Below, in pieces: positions 28,164 through 38,270 of a stretch of 64,000 bases of DNA (position 1 is the first letter of the stretch; each line of letters opens with the position of its first letter). The stretch spans positions 6,466 to 70,465 of the forward strand of contig JALDXQ010000003.1 in NCBI GenBank assembly GCA_032156805.1, read 5' to 3'. Below the pieces are notes generated by a model that ran no database searches, had not been told where the DNA came from, and was given only the letters and a program-made list of their open reading frames with translations. The translations under genes were made by a program, and so were the position numbers. The DNA is from Acidobacteriota bacterium. GTDB lineage: Bacteria > Acidobacteriota > Vicinamibacteria > Vicinamibacterales > UBA2999.

Positions 28164-28853
28164 ATGCGCATACAGGTCGAGCGTTTCGGTCGACGTTTCT
28201 CTGGAGGAACGATTGCCTGTCTGACGATGGTGGCGATCCTGACTGCCGCCGCGCCAGCCTCCGCGCAGTATGTCGAGATCCAGTCGTTCGAGGTGACGCC
28301 GTTCATCGGGGCGCGGCTGGGAGGAACGTTCGACATTCAACCGGACGCGTCTGCGCAGATCGAAGCCACGTTGAAGGATTCGGCCAGTTACGGGTTTTCC
28401 GCCGGCGTTCGTTTTGACGATCTGTCCCTGATCGAGTTCCGCTGGACGCGGTCGACGTCGGCGTTGCGGTTCGGTGCTCCGTTCGCAGTGCTCGGGCCGT
28501 CCGTCGGAGACGTCACGCTGGATCAGTTCCACGCGGACTTCACCCGGGAGTTCGACATTACCAGCGTGAAAGGACTCCGATCTTTTCTGACCGGCAGCCT
28601 CGGCGTCACGCACCTTGGCGCGGCGGAGGACGCGTTCGCCCGTTTCTCGTTCGGCCTCGGTGCCGGCCTCAAACAGTTTCTCGGTTCCAGGCTCGCCATT
28701 CGTGCTGAAGCGCACTGGCTGCCGATCCTTGTCGAACCGTCAGTCGACGGGTTCGCGTGCGGCACGATTCAGTTCGGCGGCTGTCTCGTGGTCCTCAATG
28801 GTGAACTCGTGCAACAGTTCCAACTAAGCATCGGGCCAGTCGTGCGGTTCTGA
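28164..28853 (+). CDS. Outer-membrane beta-barrel protein
   Basis: Signal peptide ASA-Q, FEVTPFIG, alternating beta strands, C-terminal F. Confidence 0.75.
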   Translation: MRIQVERFGRRFSGGTIACLTMVAILTAAAPASAQYVEIQSFEVTPFIGARLGGTFDIQPDASAQIEATLKDSASYGFSAGVRFDDLSLIEFRWTRSTSALRFGAPFAVLGPSVGDVTLDQFHADFTREFDITSVKGLRSFLTGSLGVTHLGAAEDAFARFSFGLGAGLKQFLGSRLAIRAEAHWLPILVEPSVDGFACGTIQFGGCLVVLNGELVQQFQLSIGPVVRF

Positions 28854-28888
28854 GCGCCTCCACCTCGATCGCACGCGTCGAGACTGCC

Positions 28889-28917
28889 TTGACACTCTCA
28901 GTCGAAAGGTCCATAGT
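28889..28917 (+). promoter_or_regulatory. Sigma70-type promoter
   Basis: TTGACA-17 bp-CATAGT upstream of the receptor gene at 28984. Confidence 0.6.
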
Positions 28918-28983
28918 CCGGCGCATTCCTGCGTTCGAAGAGGGGTCCCATTCGTAACCAGATGGTTGTGGAGGTTCTCACTC

Positions 28984-31900
28984 ATGAGTCAGACGCTGAC
29001 CCGATTGTTGGTGTTGATGGCTGTCGTCCTCGCGGTGCCCGGTGTGGCGACCGCGCAAAGCCTCGCTGGATCTGTGCGAGATACATCAGGTGCCGTGCTC
29101 CCGGGCGTCACGATTGAAGCGTCGAGCCCGGCGCTGATCACAAAGGTGCGCACCGGCGTCACCGACGAAACCGGTCAGTACCGCATCCCGGATCTGCCAC
29201 CCGGCACTTACAAGATCACCTTCACGCTGCCCGGCTTCGCCACTGTTGTGCGTGAAGGCGTCGAGCTGTCGGGTGGCGGCGTCATGACGATCGGCGCGGA
29301 GATGCGAGTGGGGAGCCTCGAGGAGTCGATCACCGTTACCGGCGAGTCACCTGTGGTCGACGTCCAGACCGCGCGCCAGCAGCTGACCATTGACGGAGAC
29401 ATCGTGCGCGCGCTGCCGGCGTCGCGAAGCTACGGCAACTACATTGCCGCGATTCCAGCGATTCAGGCCACGGGCTTCGGGAGCGGCGCGTCCACGATCA
29501 ACAACTTCTTCTCAGCACGCGGCGGGAGAAGTACCGAAGGCCTCATTCAGCTGGATGGGATGAACGTGGGTGCGCCCGGCAACGGTGGCGGCGTGTCCGG
29601 GTACTTGTACGACATGTCGAACTCCTCGGAAGTGCAGGTTGCCATTTCGGGCGGCCTCGGCGAGGCCGATCGCGGCGGACCAGCCTTCAATATCATCCCG
29701 AAGACTGGTGGCAACACGTTCAGCGGGACGGGCTTTACCAGCTATGCCGGCGAATGGGGACAGTCGAGCAACATCGACGACCACTTGCGATCGCTCGGAT
29801 TCGGCGAGCAACCGGCGCTCATCAAGAGCTACGACGCCAACATGGCCGTGGGCGGCCCGATTCTGCGCGACCGCGTGTGGTTCTACGGCAACACTCGCGC
29901 GATCGGCACGTACCAGGAGTCGCAGAACATCTACGTCAACGCGAATGCGGGAGACCCGAACGCTTGGTCGTGGGTGAAAGCCGATAGCCCGAGCGTACGC
30001 GTCGCCACCTCCAAGACGCTGAACGCCGTGCGCCTGACTTACCAGGCCACTCAGAGAAACAGGTTCGGGTTCTACATCGACTACACGAAGAACTGCAGCG
30101 CAGGCGCGTACAAGGAGGGTGGAGATCAGTGCCGGGCTCCCGGTGACGGCTGGATCGCGACCGGCCCCGGCGTGACTCCCGGCACGGCAACCGTCTCTCC
30201 CGAGTCAGGAAGCATCTGGGACGCGCCCGCGAAGATCATGCAGGCGTCGTGGACATCGCCGTTCTCGAATCAAATCCTCATCGAGACCGGCTATTCGGCG
30301 TTCTATACCGACAACGGCGATCCTCGCCCCTACGGCGTGCTGACGGACTTCATTCCGGTGACGGAGCAGTCCACCAACGCCGGCGTGCCCTTCGCGAATT
30401 TCATCTATCGCGGCTTCAATCCGGCGCCGTCGAGCAACCAGAAGCACGCCACGTGGAAGGCTGCGATGTCGTACATCACGGGCACCCACAACATGAAGTG
30501 GGGCTACCAGGCCGGATACATGAACAACGAGAACACGACCTACGTGGGCCGGCAGATCAGCTACAGGTTCAACAACGGCGTGCCGAATCAGATGTCGCAG
30601 CGGGTCGGGCAGAACCAGACCAGCAATAGCCTTCTCTACAACGGCTTCTACATCCAGGATCAGTGGACGCGTGGGAAGCTGACTCTCCAGGGGGCGTTGC
30701 GGTATGAGAGCGCGTCCAGCTGGGCGCCGGAGGGAGAGAACGGCATCGTCGCCGAGAACGAGTTCGGTGGCCCGGTCCTGCTTCCACGCACCGAGGGCGT
30801 GCAGGGTTACCACGACATCTCACCCCGGCTCGGCGCGGCCTACGACGTGTTTGGCAATGGGAAGACGGCGTTCAAGTTCAATGTCGGGCAATACCTCCAG
30901 GGCGCGTACACCGGCGACGCCTACACCATCAGCAACCCGGGGCAGACGCTCGTGACGTCGATCAATCGCTCATGGTCCGATCCAAACGGGAATCGGATCG
31001 CTGACTGTAACTTCATGAATCCAGCGGCGAACGGCGAGTGCGGTGCATGGTCGAGCAACAACTGGGGCTCCTTCAACCAGACGACGACCGTGAATCCCGA
31101 TGTTCTTACGGGTTGGGGCACGCGCAATCGCGATTGGCAGTACGGCGTCAGCGTGCAGCAGGAGATCGCGCCGCAGATGGCGCTGGAGGTCAGCTACAAC
31201 CGGCGGGTGTGGAGCAATTTCTTCGTCACCCACAATCGCGCCCTCACGGCGGCGGATTACGACGAGGTCACACTGACCGCACCGTTGAATCCGGCCTTGC
31301 CCAACGGCGGCGGCTATCCGGTCACATTCCTCACTCGCAACACGCGAAGCGCCCTGGGCGCGACCGACTCGTATTACACGAGCACCGACGACTATGGCGA
31401 CGAAACGCACTACTGGCACGGCTTCGATGTGTCGTTCAACGCGCGGATGCGGAATGGCCTGAATCTGCAGGGCGGTACCAGCACGGGCCGTGGCGTGAAC
31501 GACACGTGCGACTCATATACGGGACGGTTCGGGCGATCCATGTCTCCCACGCTCGGCACGGCCGCGGTGCCGATCATCGAGCAGGGCATTGTCGACGGTC
31601 AGAGCGCCTGCAACGCCACCGAGCCCTGGCTGACCAGCGTGCGCGGGCTCGCCTCCTACACGGTGCCTAAAGTCGACGTCATGGTCAGTGGCATCTTCCG
31701 CTCACAAGCCAATGCGCAGCCCGGCAACATGAACGTGGGCACCAACGGCGCATCCCGGACCGCGACCTATCGCATGACGGCCGCGCAGTTTCTGGCCGCG
31801 ACGGGGCGACCGCTGGCTCCCGGGTTGGCGACGCAGGACGTGAACCTCCTGCTGCCGGGCCAGGTGTACGGCGACCGTATCAACGTCGTGGACATGCGCT

Positions 31901-32091
31901 TCGCGAAGGTCCTCCGGTTCGGTAGGACGAGAACCAACATCGGCATGGATCTGTACAACCTGTTCAACGCCAACACGCCGACCATGTACGAGACGGTCTA
32001 CGATCCGGCAACCAACGGCGCGCGATGGATGCAGCCCACGGCCGTACTGCTGCCGCGGTTCATGCGGTTCAACGTGCAGTTCGACTTCTGA
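28984..32091 (+). CDS. TonB-dependent receptor, Cys-containing family
   Basis: LAGSVRDTSGAVLPGVTIEASSPAL, YIQDQW, C-terminal FDF. Confidence 0.9.
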   Translation: MSQTLTRLLVLMAVVLAVPGVATAQSLAGSVRDTSGAVLPGVTIEASSPALITKVRTGVTDETGQYRIPDLPPGTYKITFTLPGFATVVREGVELSGGGVMTIGAEMRVGSLEESITVTGESPVVDVQTARQQLTIDGDIVRALPASRSYGNYIAAIPAIQATGFGSGASTINNFFSARGGRSTEGLIQLDGMNVGAPGNGGGVSGYLYDMSNSSEVQVAISGGLGEADRGGPAFNIIPKTGGNTFSGTGFTSYAGEWGQSSNIDDHLRSLGFGEQPALIKSYDANMAVGGPILRDRVWFYGNTRAIGTYQESQNIYVNANAGDPNAWSWVKADSPSVRVATSKTLNAVRLTYQATQRNRFGFYIDYTKNCSAGAYKEGGDQCRAPGDGWIATGPGVTPGTATVSPESGSIWDAPAKIMQASWTSPFSNQILIETGYSAFYTDNGDPRPYGVLTDFIPVTEQSTNAGVPFANFIYRGFNPAPSSNQKHATWKAAMSYITGTHNMKWGYQAGYMNNENTTYVGRQISYRFNNGVPNQMSQRVGQNQTSNSLLYNGFYIQDQWTRGKLTLQGALRYESASSWAPEGENGIVAENEFGGPVLLPRTEGVQGYHDISPRLGAAYDVFGNGKTAFKFNVGQYLQGAYTGDAYTISNPGQTLVTSINRSWSDPNGNRIADCNFMNPAANGECGAWSSNNWGSFNQTTTVNPDVLTGWGTRNRDWQYGVSVQQEIAPQMALEVSYNRRVWSNFFVTHNRALTAADYDEVTLTAPLNPALPNGGGYPVTFLTRNTRSALGATDSYYTSTDDYGDETHYWHGFDVSFNARMRNGLNLQGGTSTGRGVNDTCDSYTGRFGRSMSPTLGTAAVPIIEQGIVDGQSACNATEPWLTSVRGLASYTVPKVDVMVSGIFRSQANAQPGNMNVGTNGASRTATYRMTAAQFLAATGRPLAPGLATQDVNLLLPGQVYGDRINVVDMRFAKVLRFGRTRTNIGMDLYNLFNANTPTMYETVYDPATNGARWMQPTAVLLPRFMRFNVQFDF

Positions 32092-32111
32092 CGTCGGGTG
32101 TCCATATTGCA

Positions 32112-33290
32112 TTGAGCCGCTCCTTCTTCACGCACCTCGAGTGCTCGCGTCCTTGTGGTGCTCCGACCCTGAACGCGCGCGAGCGTCATCACCTGTGCAG
32201 GTGTGGCGCTCCGCTGCTTGCTCGCTACGATCTCGCTGCAGCACGTGCCTGGTCGCGTGAGACTCTGCGGGATCGCGAGCCGAACATGTGGCGATACCGC
32301 GAACTGATGCCGGTCTTCGACGACGAAGTCCCGGTGACGCTCGGGGAAGGTCTGACACCACTCCTGCATGCGACGAGGCTCGGCGCCAGGCTGGGGCTGG
32401 AGTGGCTCTTTGTCAAAGACGAGTCGCTCAATCCGACGAACTCGTTCAAGGCGCGCGGTCAATCGGCGGCGATCACGCGAGCACGCGCCCTCGGCGTCAC
32501 GACGGTGTCCGTCCCATCTGCTGGTAACGCGGGCAACGCCATGGCCGCGTATGCGGCGCGGGCCGGGCTGGCCGCGAAGGTCTTCCTCCCACGCGACGTG
32601 AAGACGCCGTTCGTACGCGAATGTGTGCTTTACGGCGCGGATGTGACACTTGTCGACGGCTTCATTACCGACGCCGCGCGGGCGGCGTCCGAGGCTGGTG
32701 CCTCGCTCGGCTGGTACGACGTCTCCACGCTCAAGGAGCCCTACCGCATCGAGGGCAAGAAGACGATGGCCTACGAGCTGGCCGAGCAGATGGAATGGGA
32801 ATGGCCCGACTGGATTATCTATCCCACCGGCGGAGGCACCGGGATGGTCGGCATGTGGAAGGCGTTCGAAGAGGTCGAACGTCTCGGCTGGGTGGCGTCA
32901 GGGCGGCGGCCGCGAATGGTGTCGGTACAGGCGCAGGGATGCGCGCCGATCGTGCGCGCGTTCGAGAGCGGCACCGAGTCGGCGGCGCCCTGGGAGAATC
33001 CGGCGACGGTGGCTGATGGCCTGCGGGTTCCGCGCGCGATCGGTGACTTCCTGATCTTGCGGGCCGTGCGAGAGAGTGGTGGAACCGCGATCGCGGTCCC
33101 CGACGCGGCCATGATCGATGGCATGCTCGAGCTCGGAAGCACTGAAGGGATCAGCGCTGCGCCCGAGGGCGGCGCCGCGCTCGCGGCGATTCGAAAGCTG
33201 GTGTCCGACGGAATGATACGGTCGCGCGACCGCGTTGTGCTTTTCAACACGGGCGGTGCCCTCAAGTATCTCGATGCGCTACCGTCGTGA
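32112..33290 (+). CDS. thrC: Threonine synthase (PLP-dependent)
   Basis: N-terminal Cys ribbon, MWRYRE, LGEG.TP, NPTNSFKARG (PLP lysine), SAGNAG, PTGGGTG; start approximate. Confidence 0.85.
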   Translation: MSRSFFTHLECSRPCGAPTLNARERHHLCRCGAPLLARYDLAAARAWSRETLRDREPNMWRYRELMPVFDDEVPVTLGEGLTPLLHATRLGARLGLEWLFVKDESLNPTNSFKARGQSAAITRARALGVTTVSVPSAGNAGNAMAAYAARAGLAAKVFLPRDVKTPFVRECVLYGADVTLVDGFITDAARAASEAGASLGWYDVSTLKEPYRIEGKKTMAYELAEQMEWEWPDWIIYPTGGGTGMVGMWKAFEEVERLGWVASGRRPRMVSVQAQGCAPIVRAFESGTESAAPWENPATVADGLRVPRAIGDFLILRAVRESGGTAIAVPDAAMIDGMLELGSTEGISAAPEGGAALAAIRKLVSDGMIRSRDRVVLFNTGGALKYLDALPS

Positions 33291-34605
33291 CCGTGGGCCT
33301 GTGCCTACCGGCTGCAGCCCTCAGCACGACGCCCGCGGCGACGACGCCGAACATGATCCCAAGCTGATTCGAGCTTCGCGTGGCCAGCAGCCACACCGAG
33401 AACGCGGTGCCGGCGATGGCGAAGATCGTTCCTGCGCGCAGCCGAAACCCCGGCGACGGTCCGTGCGTTCTCCTCAACCTCACCAGCGCGGAGCAGGTGA
33501 CGGCGAAGACCACGAGGCGTGCGATCGCCGCGAACGTCGCAGCCTGTGCGAACGAGCTGTAGAGCGCCATGACCAGCGCGAGCACGGCGTTCACGACGAT
33601 CGCGACGTACGGCGTGCGAAAACGCGGATGAACTCGGGCCACGACGGCCGGCAGCTCTCGATGCGTCGCCATCGAGTAGAGCACCCGGGGCATCATCAGC
33701 GTGAAGCCGGTCAGCCACCCGTAAACGGATAGCACGACCGCGACACTCCCGAGCGTCGCTCCGCTCGCGCCCATGACCGCGCCCAGCGCCGACGCCACTG
33801 GCGTCGTTGTCCGTCCGGCATCGGGCAGCACGCCAACGATGACCAGCTGCAGCAGGCAGTAGATCAGCGTCACGATCGCTCCGGCCGTGATCAGCGCCGA
33901 GCCCGTGTCTTCTCGCGGACGGCGCGTCTCGCTGGCGGCGACAATCATCGACTCGAACCCGCCGTATGCGAACACCATCAACAACACCGCCTCACCCCAG
34001 TCAGGACCTGCGACGACCTGCGCTGTGAGGACGTCGCTGCGGATCTGCGGCAAGCCCAGCACAATCAACACGAGAAGCGGTAACACCTTCGCAACGGTGA
34101 ACGCATTCACCGTCCATGTCGCCTGGCGGACCCCCGTGATGTTGATCGCCGTGGCAATCGCAATCGCACCGGTCATGGTGATCGCGCGCCCGGTCGGTGT
34201 TGCGACGGCTGGTGCGAGGAGCCCCACGTAGACGACGAGAATGTTCAGCGCGGCCGCACAACCCAGGAGACGTGAGATGAGCAGCAGCCAGCCGACCTGG
34301 AATCCCACGACCGGACCGAATGCCTCGCGCGCGTAAAGGTAGGGGCCGCCGGCTTGATCGAAGCGGGTGCTGACCTCTGCGAAACACAGCAGGACGACGA
34401 AGACGCAGGCTCCGGCGATGAGCACGACGACAGGACTCCAGGCCCCAGTGAGCGCCGCGACCGCCGAGGGCAGGCCGAAGACGCCGCTGCCGATGACGCC
34501 GTTGACAATGGCCGCGGTCAGGCTGAAGCGCCCGATCGCGCGAATCAGCGGCGGCTGGGGGAGCCGGTCAGGTTTCGTCGAGCCCGTGGGCGGCGATGTC
34601 ATCAT
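33262..34605 (-). CDS. APC-family amino acid permease
   Basis: NGVIGSGVFGLP, GGPYLY, FAYGGFE, HPRFRTP. Confidence 0.92.
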   Translation of the reverse strand: MMTSPPTGSTKPDRLPQPPLIRAIGRFSLTAAIVNGVIGSGVFGLPSAVAALTGAWSPVVVLIAGACVFVVLLCFAEVSTRFDQAGGPYLYAREAFGPVVGFQVGWLLLISRLLGCAAALNILVVYVGLLAPAVATPTGRAITMTGAIAIATAINITGVRQATWTVNAFTVAKVLPLLVLIVLGLPQIRSDVLTAQVVAGPDWGEAVLLMVFAYGGFESMIVAASETRRPREDTGSALITAGAIVTLIYCLLQLVIVGVLPDAGRTTTPVASALGAVMGASGATLGSVAVVLSVYGWLTGFTLMMPRVLYSMATHRELPAVVARVHPRFRTPYVAIVVNAVLALVMALYSSFAQAATFAAIARLVVFAVTCSALVRLRRTHGPSPGFRLRAGTIFAIAGTAFSVWLLATRSSNQLGIMFGVVAAGVVLRAAAGRHRPTVTTVAHRDT

Positions 34606-34670
34606 GGCCACGTCAATTTCTCTTGACCGTGTCACGGTTTCTGACTACTAGAGTGTGCGTGATCGTTCGC

Positions 34671-35627
34671 ATGTGGAGACCATTTCTCGTGGGCGTCGCG
34701 CTGCTGGCAGCGGTGGTCGCCGCCTCATGCCGAGGCAGTCAGTCGCCTGCACCGCAAGAGCGCGGCACGCGTTCCTCCGCTGATATTCTGCTCGGGCGGC
34801 CGTACATCGGACCAACGGAAGGGACGCCACGCGGCGCCAACGGGAAACCGCTTCTCACCGGCTACTGGAAGTTGCTCCACGAGGACGGAAAGCCCGATGG
34901 CAATCTCGGCAAGGACAGGCCAGACTTCGCGCTGCCTTACACGGCGAAAGGCAAGGAGGTGCTGGCGCTCAATTATCGGACCGTGGATCCGGAAGCGCGC
35001 TGCATCATCACGGGTATCCCCCGTCTGTTGACGAGTGTCCTGCCGTTCGAGATCCTTCACACGCCGGAGCGGCTCGGGACGTTCCACGCACTGAGCTGGC
35101 ATCGTTGGGTGTGGCTGGACGAGCGAGCCCGCGATCCTGAGCAGGATCCCCGATACCTTGGCAACGCGATCGGCCGATGGGATGGCGATACGCTGGTGAT
35201 CGAGTCGTCCGGCTTCCAGGACAGTGCAGCAGGCGACGTCTGGCTGGACGACAACGCCAATCCGATCAGCGCAGGAGCAACCGTCGTCGAGCGGTGGACG
35301 AGGCCGGATTTTCACCACCTGAATCTGGAGCTGACGTACACCGACACGGCGTATTACACCGAGCCGATCGTCTATCGGCGGAGTTTCATCCACGGTGAAC
35401 CTGGCGAGGGACTGACCGAGTTCTCCTGCGAATGGAACACCCCATGGGTCGTGACTCATCTCGAACCGGGACCTGGCCGAATTGGTCCCAACGGCAATCG
35501 CGGCTTCGGTCCGGACAACCAGATCGTGCCCGACCTTCCGTTCGGATCGGTTGACGATTCGCGTGGGACCGGATACTGGCTGTATCGGAAGAACAAGCCG
35601 AAGCCGTCTGATTTACCCGGACAGTAA
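34671..35627 (+). CDS. Exported 'GKPDLSGxW' family lipoprotein
   Basis: Lipobox-like AASC; GKPLLTGYW, DPEARC, GRWDGDTLVI, EFSCE. Confidence 0.8.
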   Translation: MWRPFLVGVALLAAVVAASCRGSQSPAPQERGTRSSADILLGRPYIGPTEGTPRGANGKPLLTGYWKLLHEDGKPDGNLGKDRPDFALPYTAKGKEVLALNYRTVDPEARCIITGIPRLLTSVLPFEILHTPERLGTFHALSWHRWVWLDERARDPEQDPRYLGNAIGRWDGDTLVIESSGFQDSAAGDVWLDDNANPISAGATVVERWTRPDFHHLNLELTYTDTAYYTEPIVYRRSFIHGEPGEGLTEFSCEWNTPWVVTHLEPGPGRIGPNGNRGFGPDNQIVPDLPFGSVDDSRGTGYWLYRKNKPKPSDLPGQ

Positions 35628-35650
35628 ACGAAGATCAAAGGGGCGAGGGC

Positions 35651-36550
35651 ATGTTGACGCGCACTGCTTCCGGATTCGCGATCATCGTCGTCATCTTCGT
35701 GTTGTCCATCGGCGGTGCGCCTGCACAAGTGCCGCCTGCGCCGGCTCCGTCGCAGACTCCGTCGGAGCTCACGGCCAACGATCTTCGCGGCCGTCAGTAC
35801 ACAGCGCCGCGCGGGCTCGACGGAAAGCCGGATCTGACCGGCTACTGGCGCCCGTTGCGCGAAGCCGGCAAGCCCACTGGCAACCTGGGCAAGGACGAGC
35901 CCAATTTCATCCTGCCACTCAGCGCTCTCGGGCGGCGTGCGCAGTTGTACAGCCAGAACCACACCGTCGACCCGGAGGCCGTGTGCATCCTCGGCGGGAT
36001 CCCACGTCACAACGGCAGCGGCCTTCCATTCGAGATCCTGCACACGCCGAAGCGGCTTGCGACGATCTACTTCTACAATACGCACCGCTGGGTCTCGATC
36101 GACGAGGATCTACGTCACCCGGAGAACCCCGAGCCTCGCTACTTCGGCCATGCCATCGCGCACTGGGATGACGACACGCTCGTGATTGAGACGGCAGGGT
36201 TGCGGGACAGCGCCAGGGACAAGATCTGGCTCGATGAAAACGGCAACCCCACCAGCGACCAGGCGCGTGTCACGGAGCGCTGGTCGCGTCCGGACTTCCA
36301 TCATCTCAACTTGCAGATGACGGTCTCCGACTCGAAGTACTACACGCGCCCATTCACCTTTGCGCGAACGTGGGTGCACGGTGATCCCGGTCAAGGGCTG
36401 ACCGAGTACGCCTGCAACGAGAACAACATCGACGCCGCGCACATCGGCCCCGGCGCCGGGGCCATTGGACCAGACGGCAACCGCGGGTACGGCTACCAGG
36501 ATCTGGAACTACCCAAGGATCCGCCCGGGCCCGAGCGCTACGGATTGTGA
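35651..36550 (+). CDS. Exported 'GKPDLSGxW' family protein, tandem paralogue
   Basis: GKPDLTGYW, DPEAVC, HWDDDTLVI, EYACNEN. Confidence 0.8.
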   Translation: MLTRTASGFAIIVVIFVLSIGGAPAQVPPAPAPSQTPSELTANDLRGRQYTAPRGLDGKPDLTGYWRPLREAGKPTGNLGKDEPNFILPLSALGRRAQLYSQNHTVDPEAVCILGGIPRHNGSGLPFEILHTPKRLATIYFYNTHRWVSIDEDLRHPENPEPRYFGHAIAHWDDDTLVIETAGLRDSARDKIWLDENGNPTSDQARVTERWSRPDFHHLNLQMTVSDSKYYTRPFTFARTWVHGDPGQGLTEYACNENNIDAAHIGPGAGAIGPDGNRGYGYQDLELPKDPPGPERYGL

Positions 36551-36568
36551 GAGAAAGAGACGATCGTC

Positions 36569-37006
36569 ATGAAGACTGGATTGATGTTCACATGGCTGTT
36601 GACCGCAATCACCGCAGCCGCGGGCTCGTCGAGCGTCTTCGCTCATCATTCTTTTGCTGCGATGTACGACGCGAACAAGCCGATTCGCCTGGTCGGAAAG
36701 CTCACGAAGATCGAATGGACCAATCCGCACAGCTTCTTCTACATCGACGTGACCGATTCCAAGGGACGCGTCAACAGTTGGACCATTGAAGGAGCTGGTC
36801 CAGGGGCGTTGTCCAGGCGGGGATTCAACCGGGGCGACATCGACCTGGGCGACACGCTCATCGTCCAGGGATATCTTGCGAAGAGCGGCGCACGGATCGT
36901 GGACGGGCGATTGGTGACGCTGCCTGATGGCCGCATCATCAACGGCGGGACCGCCGGCGACGGCGGACCTGGAAGCACGCCGCCGGCCGGCCGCGGATCC
37001 AATTAG
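36569..37006 (+). CDS. DUF6152 family exported protein
   Basis: Signal peptide followed by AHHSFAAMYD and EWTNPH. Confidence 0.85.
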   Translation: MKTGLMFTWLLTAITAAAGSSSVFAHHSFAAMYDANKPIRLVGKLTKIEWTNPHSFFYIDVTDSKGRVNSWTIEGAGPGALSRRGFNRGDIDLGDTLIVQGYLAKSGARIVDGRLVTLPDGRIINGGTAGDGGPGSTPPAGRGSN

Positions 37007-37025
37007 GCGACGTCACGCCGGCGGC

Positions 37026-37060
37026 CGCAGGCGGCGTTGCTCATCGCATCGCCGCCTGCG
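37026..37060. terminator. Hairpin between convergent genes
   Basis: CGCAGGCGGCG...CGCCGCCTGCG, 11-bp stem. Confidence 0.55.
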
Positions 37061-37069
37061 TCATTCGCG

Positions 37070-38098
37070 TCAGCGCCACCCAAGCTCCGGCGCAACGAAT
37101 TTGAGAATGCTGTTGATGGCGTGAGCGTTGTAGTCCACGCCCAACTGGTTCGGGACCGTCAGGAGCAGGGTGTCGGCGGCCGCGATTGCTTCGTCGGCGG
37201 CCAGCTGTTTCACCAGCACCTCGGGTTCAGCGGCGTACGAGCGGCCGAAGATGGCGCGGGTGTTGGCGTCGATGTAACCGATCTGGTCCTGGCTCCGGGC
37301 ATCCCCTCCGAAGTAGGCGCGGTCGAGATCATTGACGAGCGCGAAGATGCTGCGGCTGACGGACACGCGTGGCTCACGCTGATGGCCGGCCTCCTTCCAT
37401 GCCTCGCGATAGGCTTCGATCTGCGTGCGTTGCTGAACGTGCAGCGGCTCCCCGGTCTCGTCGTCCTTGAGTGTCGAGCTCTGGAGGTGCATTCCCAGTT
37501 TCGCGGCCCACTTGGACGTGGCGTTCGAGCTGGAACCCCACCAGATCCGGTCGCGCAGCCCTTCCGAGTGCGGCTCGAGGCGCAGCAGCCCTGGCGGATT
37601 GGGGAACATCGGCCGCGGGTTGGGCTTGGCAAACCCGTGACCCTTGAGCACCTCGAGGAAAACCTCAGAGCGTTGGCGCGCCATGTCCTGGTCGGTCTCG
37701 CCCTCAGAGGGCGCGTAGCCGAAATAGCGCCAGCCGTCGATCACTTGCTCGGGCGATCCTCGACTGATGCCCAGCTGGAGGCGGCCGCCCGCGATGATGT
37801 CTGCGGCTCCCGCGTCCTCGACCATGTAGAGCGGGTTCTCGTAGCGCATGTCGATGACCGCCGTGCCGATCTCGATCTTGCTGGTGCGCGCGCCGACTGC
37901 TGCGAGGAGCGGGAAGGGCGAGCCGAGCTGGCGAGCGAAGTGATGCACGCGGAAGTAAGCGCCGTCGGCGCCCAACTCCTCAGCGGCTACGGCCAGCTCG
38001 ATCGATTGGAGCAACGCATCTGCAGCGGTGCGCACCTGCGAGTGGGGCGACGGCGTCCAATGCCCGAACGATAGGAACCCAATTTTCTTCACCTGCAC
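37070..38098 (-). CDS. LLM-class (luciferase-like) flavin-dependent oxidoreductase
   Basis: KKIGFLSFGHW, FRVHHFARQ, IGTAVIDMRYENP, GRLQLGISRG. Confidence 0.92.
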   Translation of the reverse strand: MQVKKIGFLSFGHWTPSPHSQVRTAADALLQSIELAVAAEELGADGAYFRVHHFARQLGSPFPLLAAVGARTSKIEIGTAVIDMRYENPLYMVEDAGAADIIAGGRLQLGISRGSPEQVIDGWRYFGYAPSEGETDQDMARQRSEVFLEVLKGHGFAKPNPRPMFPNPPGLLRLEPHSEGLRDRIWWGSSSNATSKWAAKLGMHLQSSTLKDDETGEPLHVQQRTQIEAYREAWKEAGHQREPRVSVSRSIFALVNDLDRAYFGGDARSQDQIGYIDANTRAIFGRSYAAEPEVLVKQLAADEAIAAADTLLLTVPNQLGVDYNAHAINSILKFVAPELGWR

Positions 38099-38270
38099 AT
38101 CCTCTCTCTCGGTTCGATCACAGCAGACACGACGGTTTCAGGTCGCGAGCCGCTTCCTGGGCGCCCGCGCGCCGGAGGCGCGAAGGCGCGACATGTTTTA
38201 GACATGTAGAATAGCGCGCTGAATTCGACGCCACCTCGGGAACTCCACTCCCCGGCGACTCGGAGACCAT

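Noticed and set aside
38191-38212. ACATGT-N5-ACATGT repeat next to TAGAAT
   Set aside because: Single short occurrence with no matching -35 or second site; not enough to call an operator.
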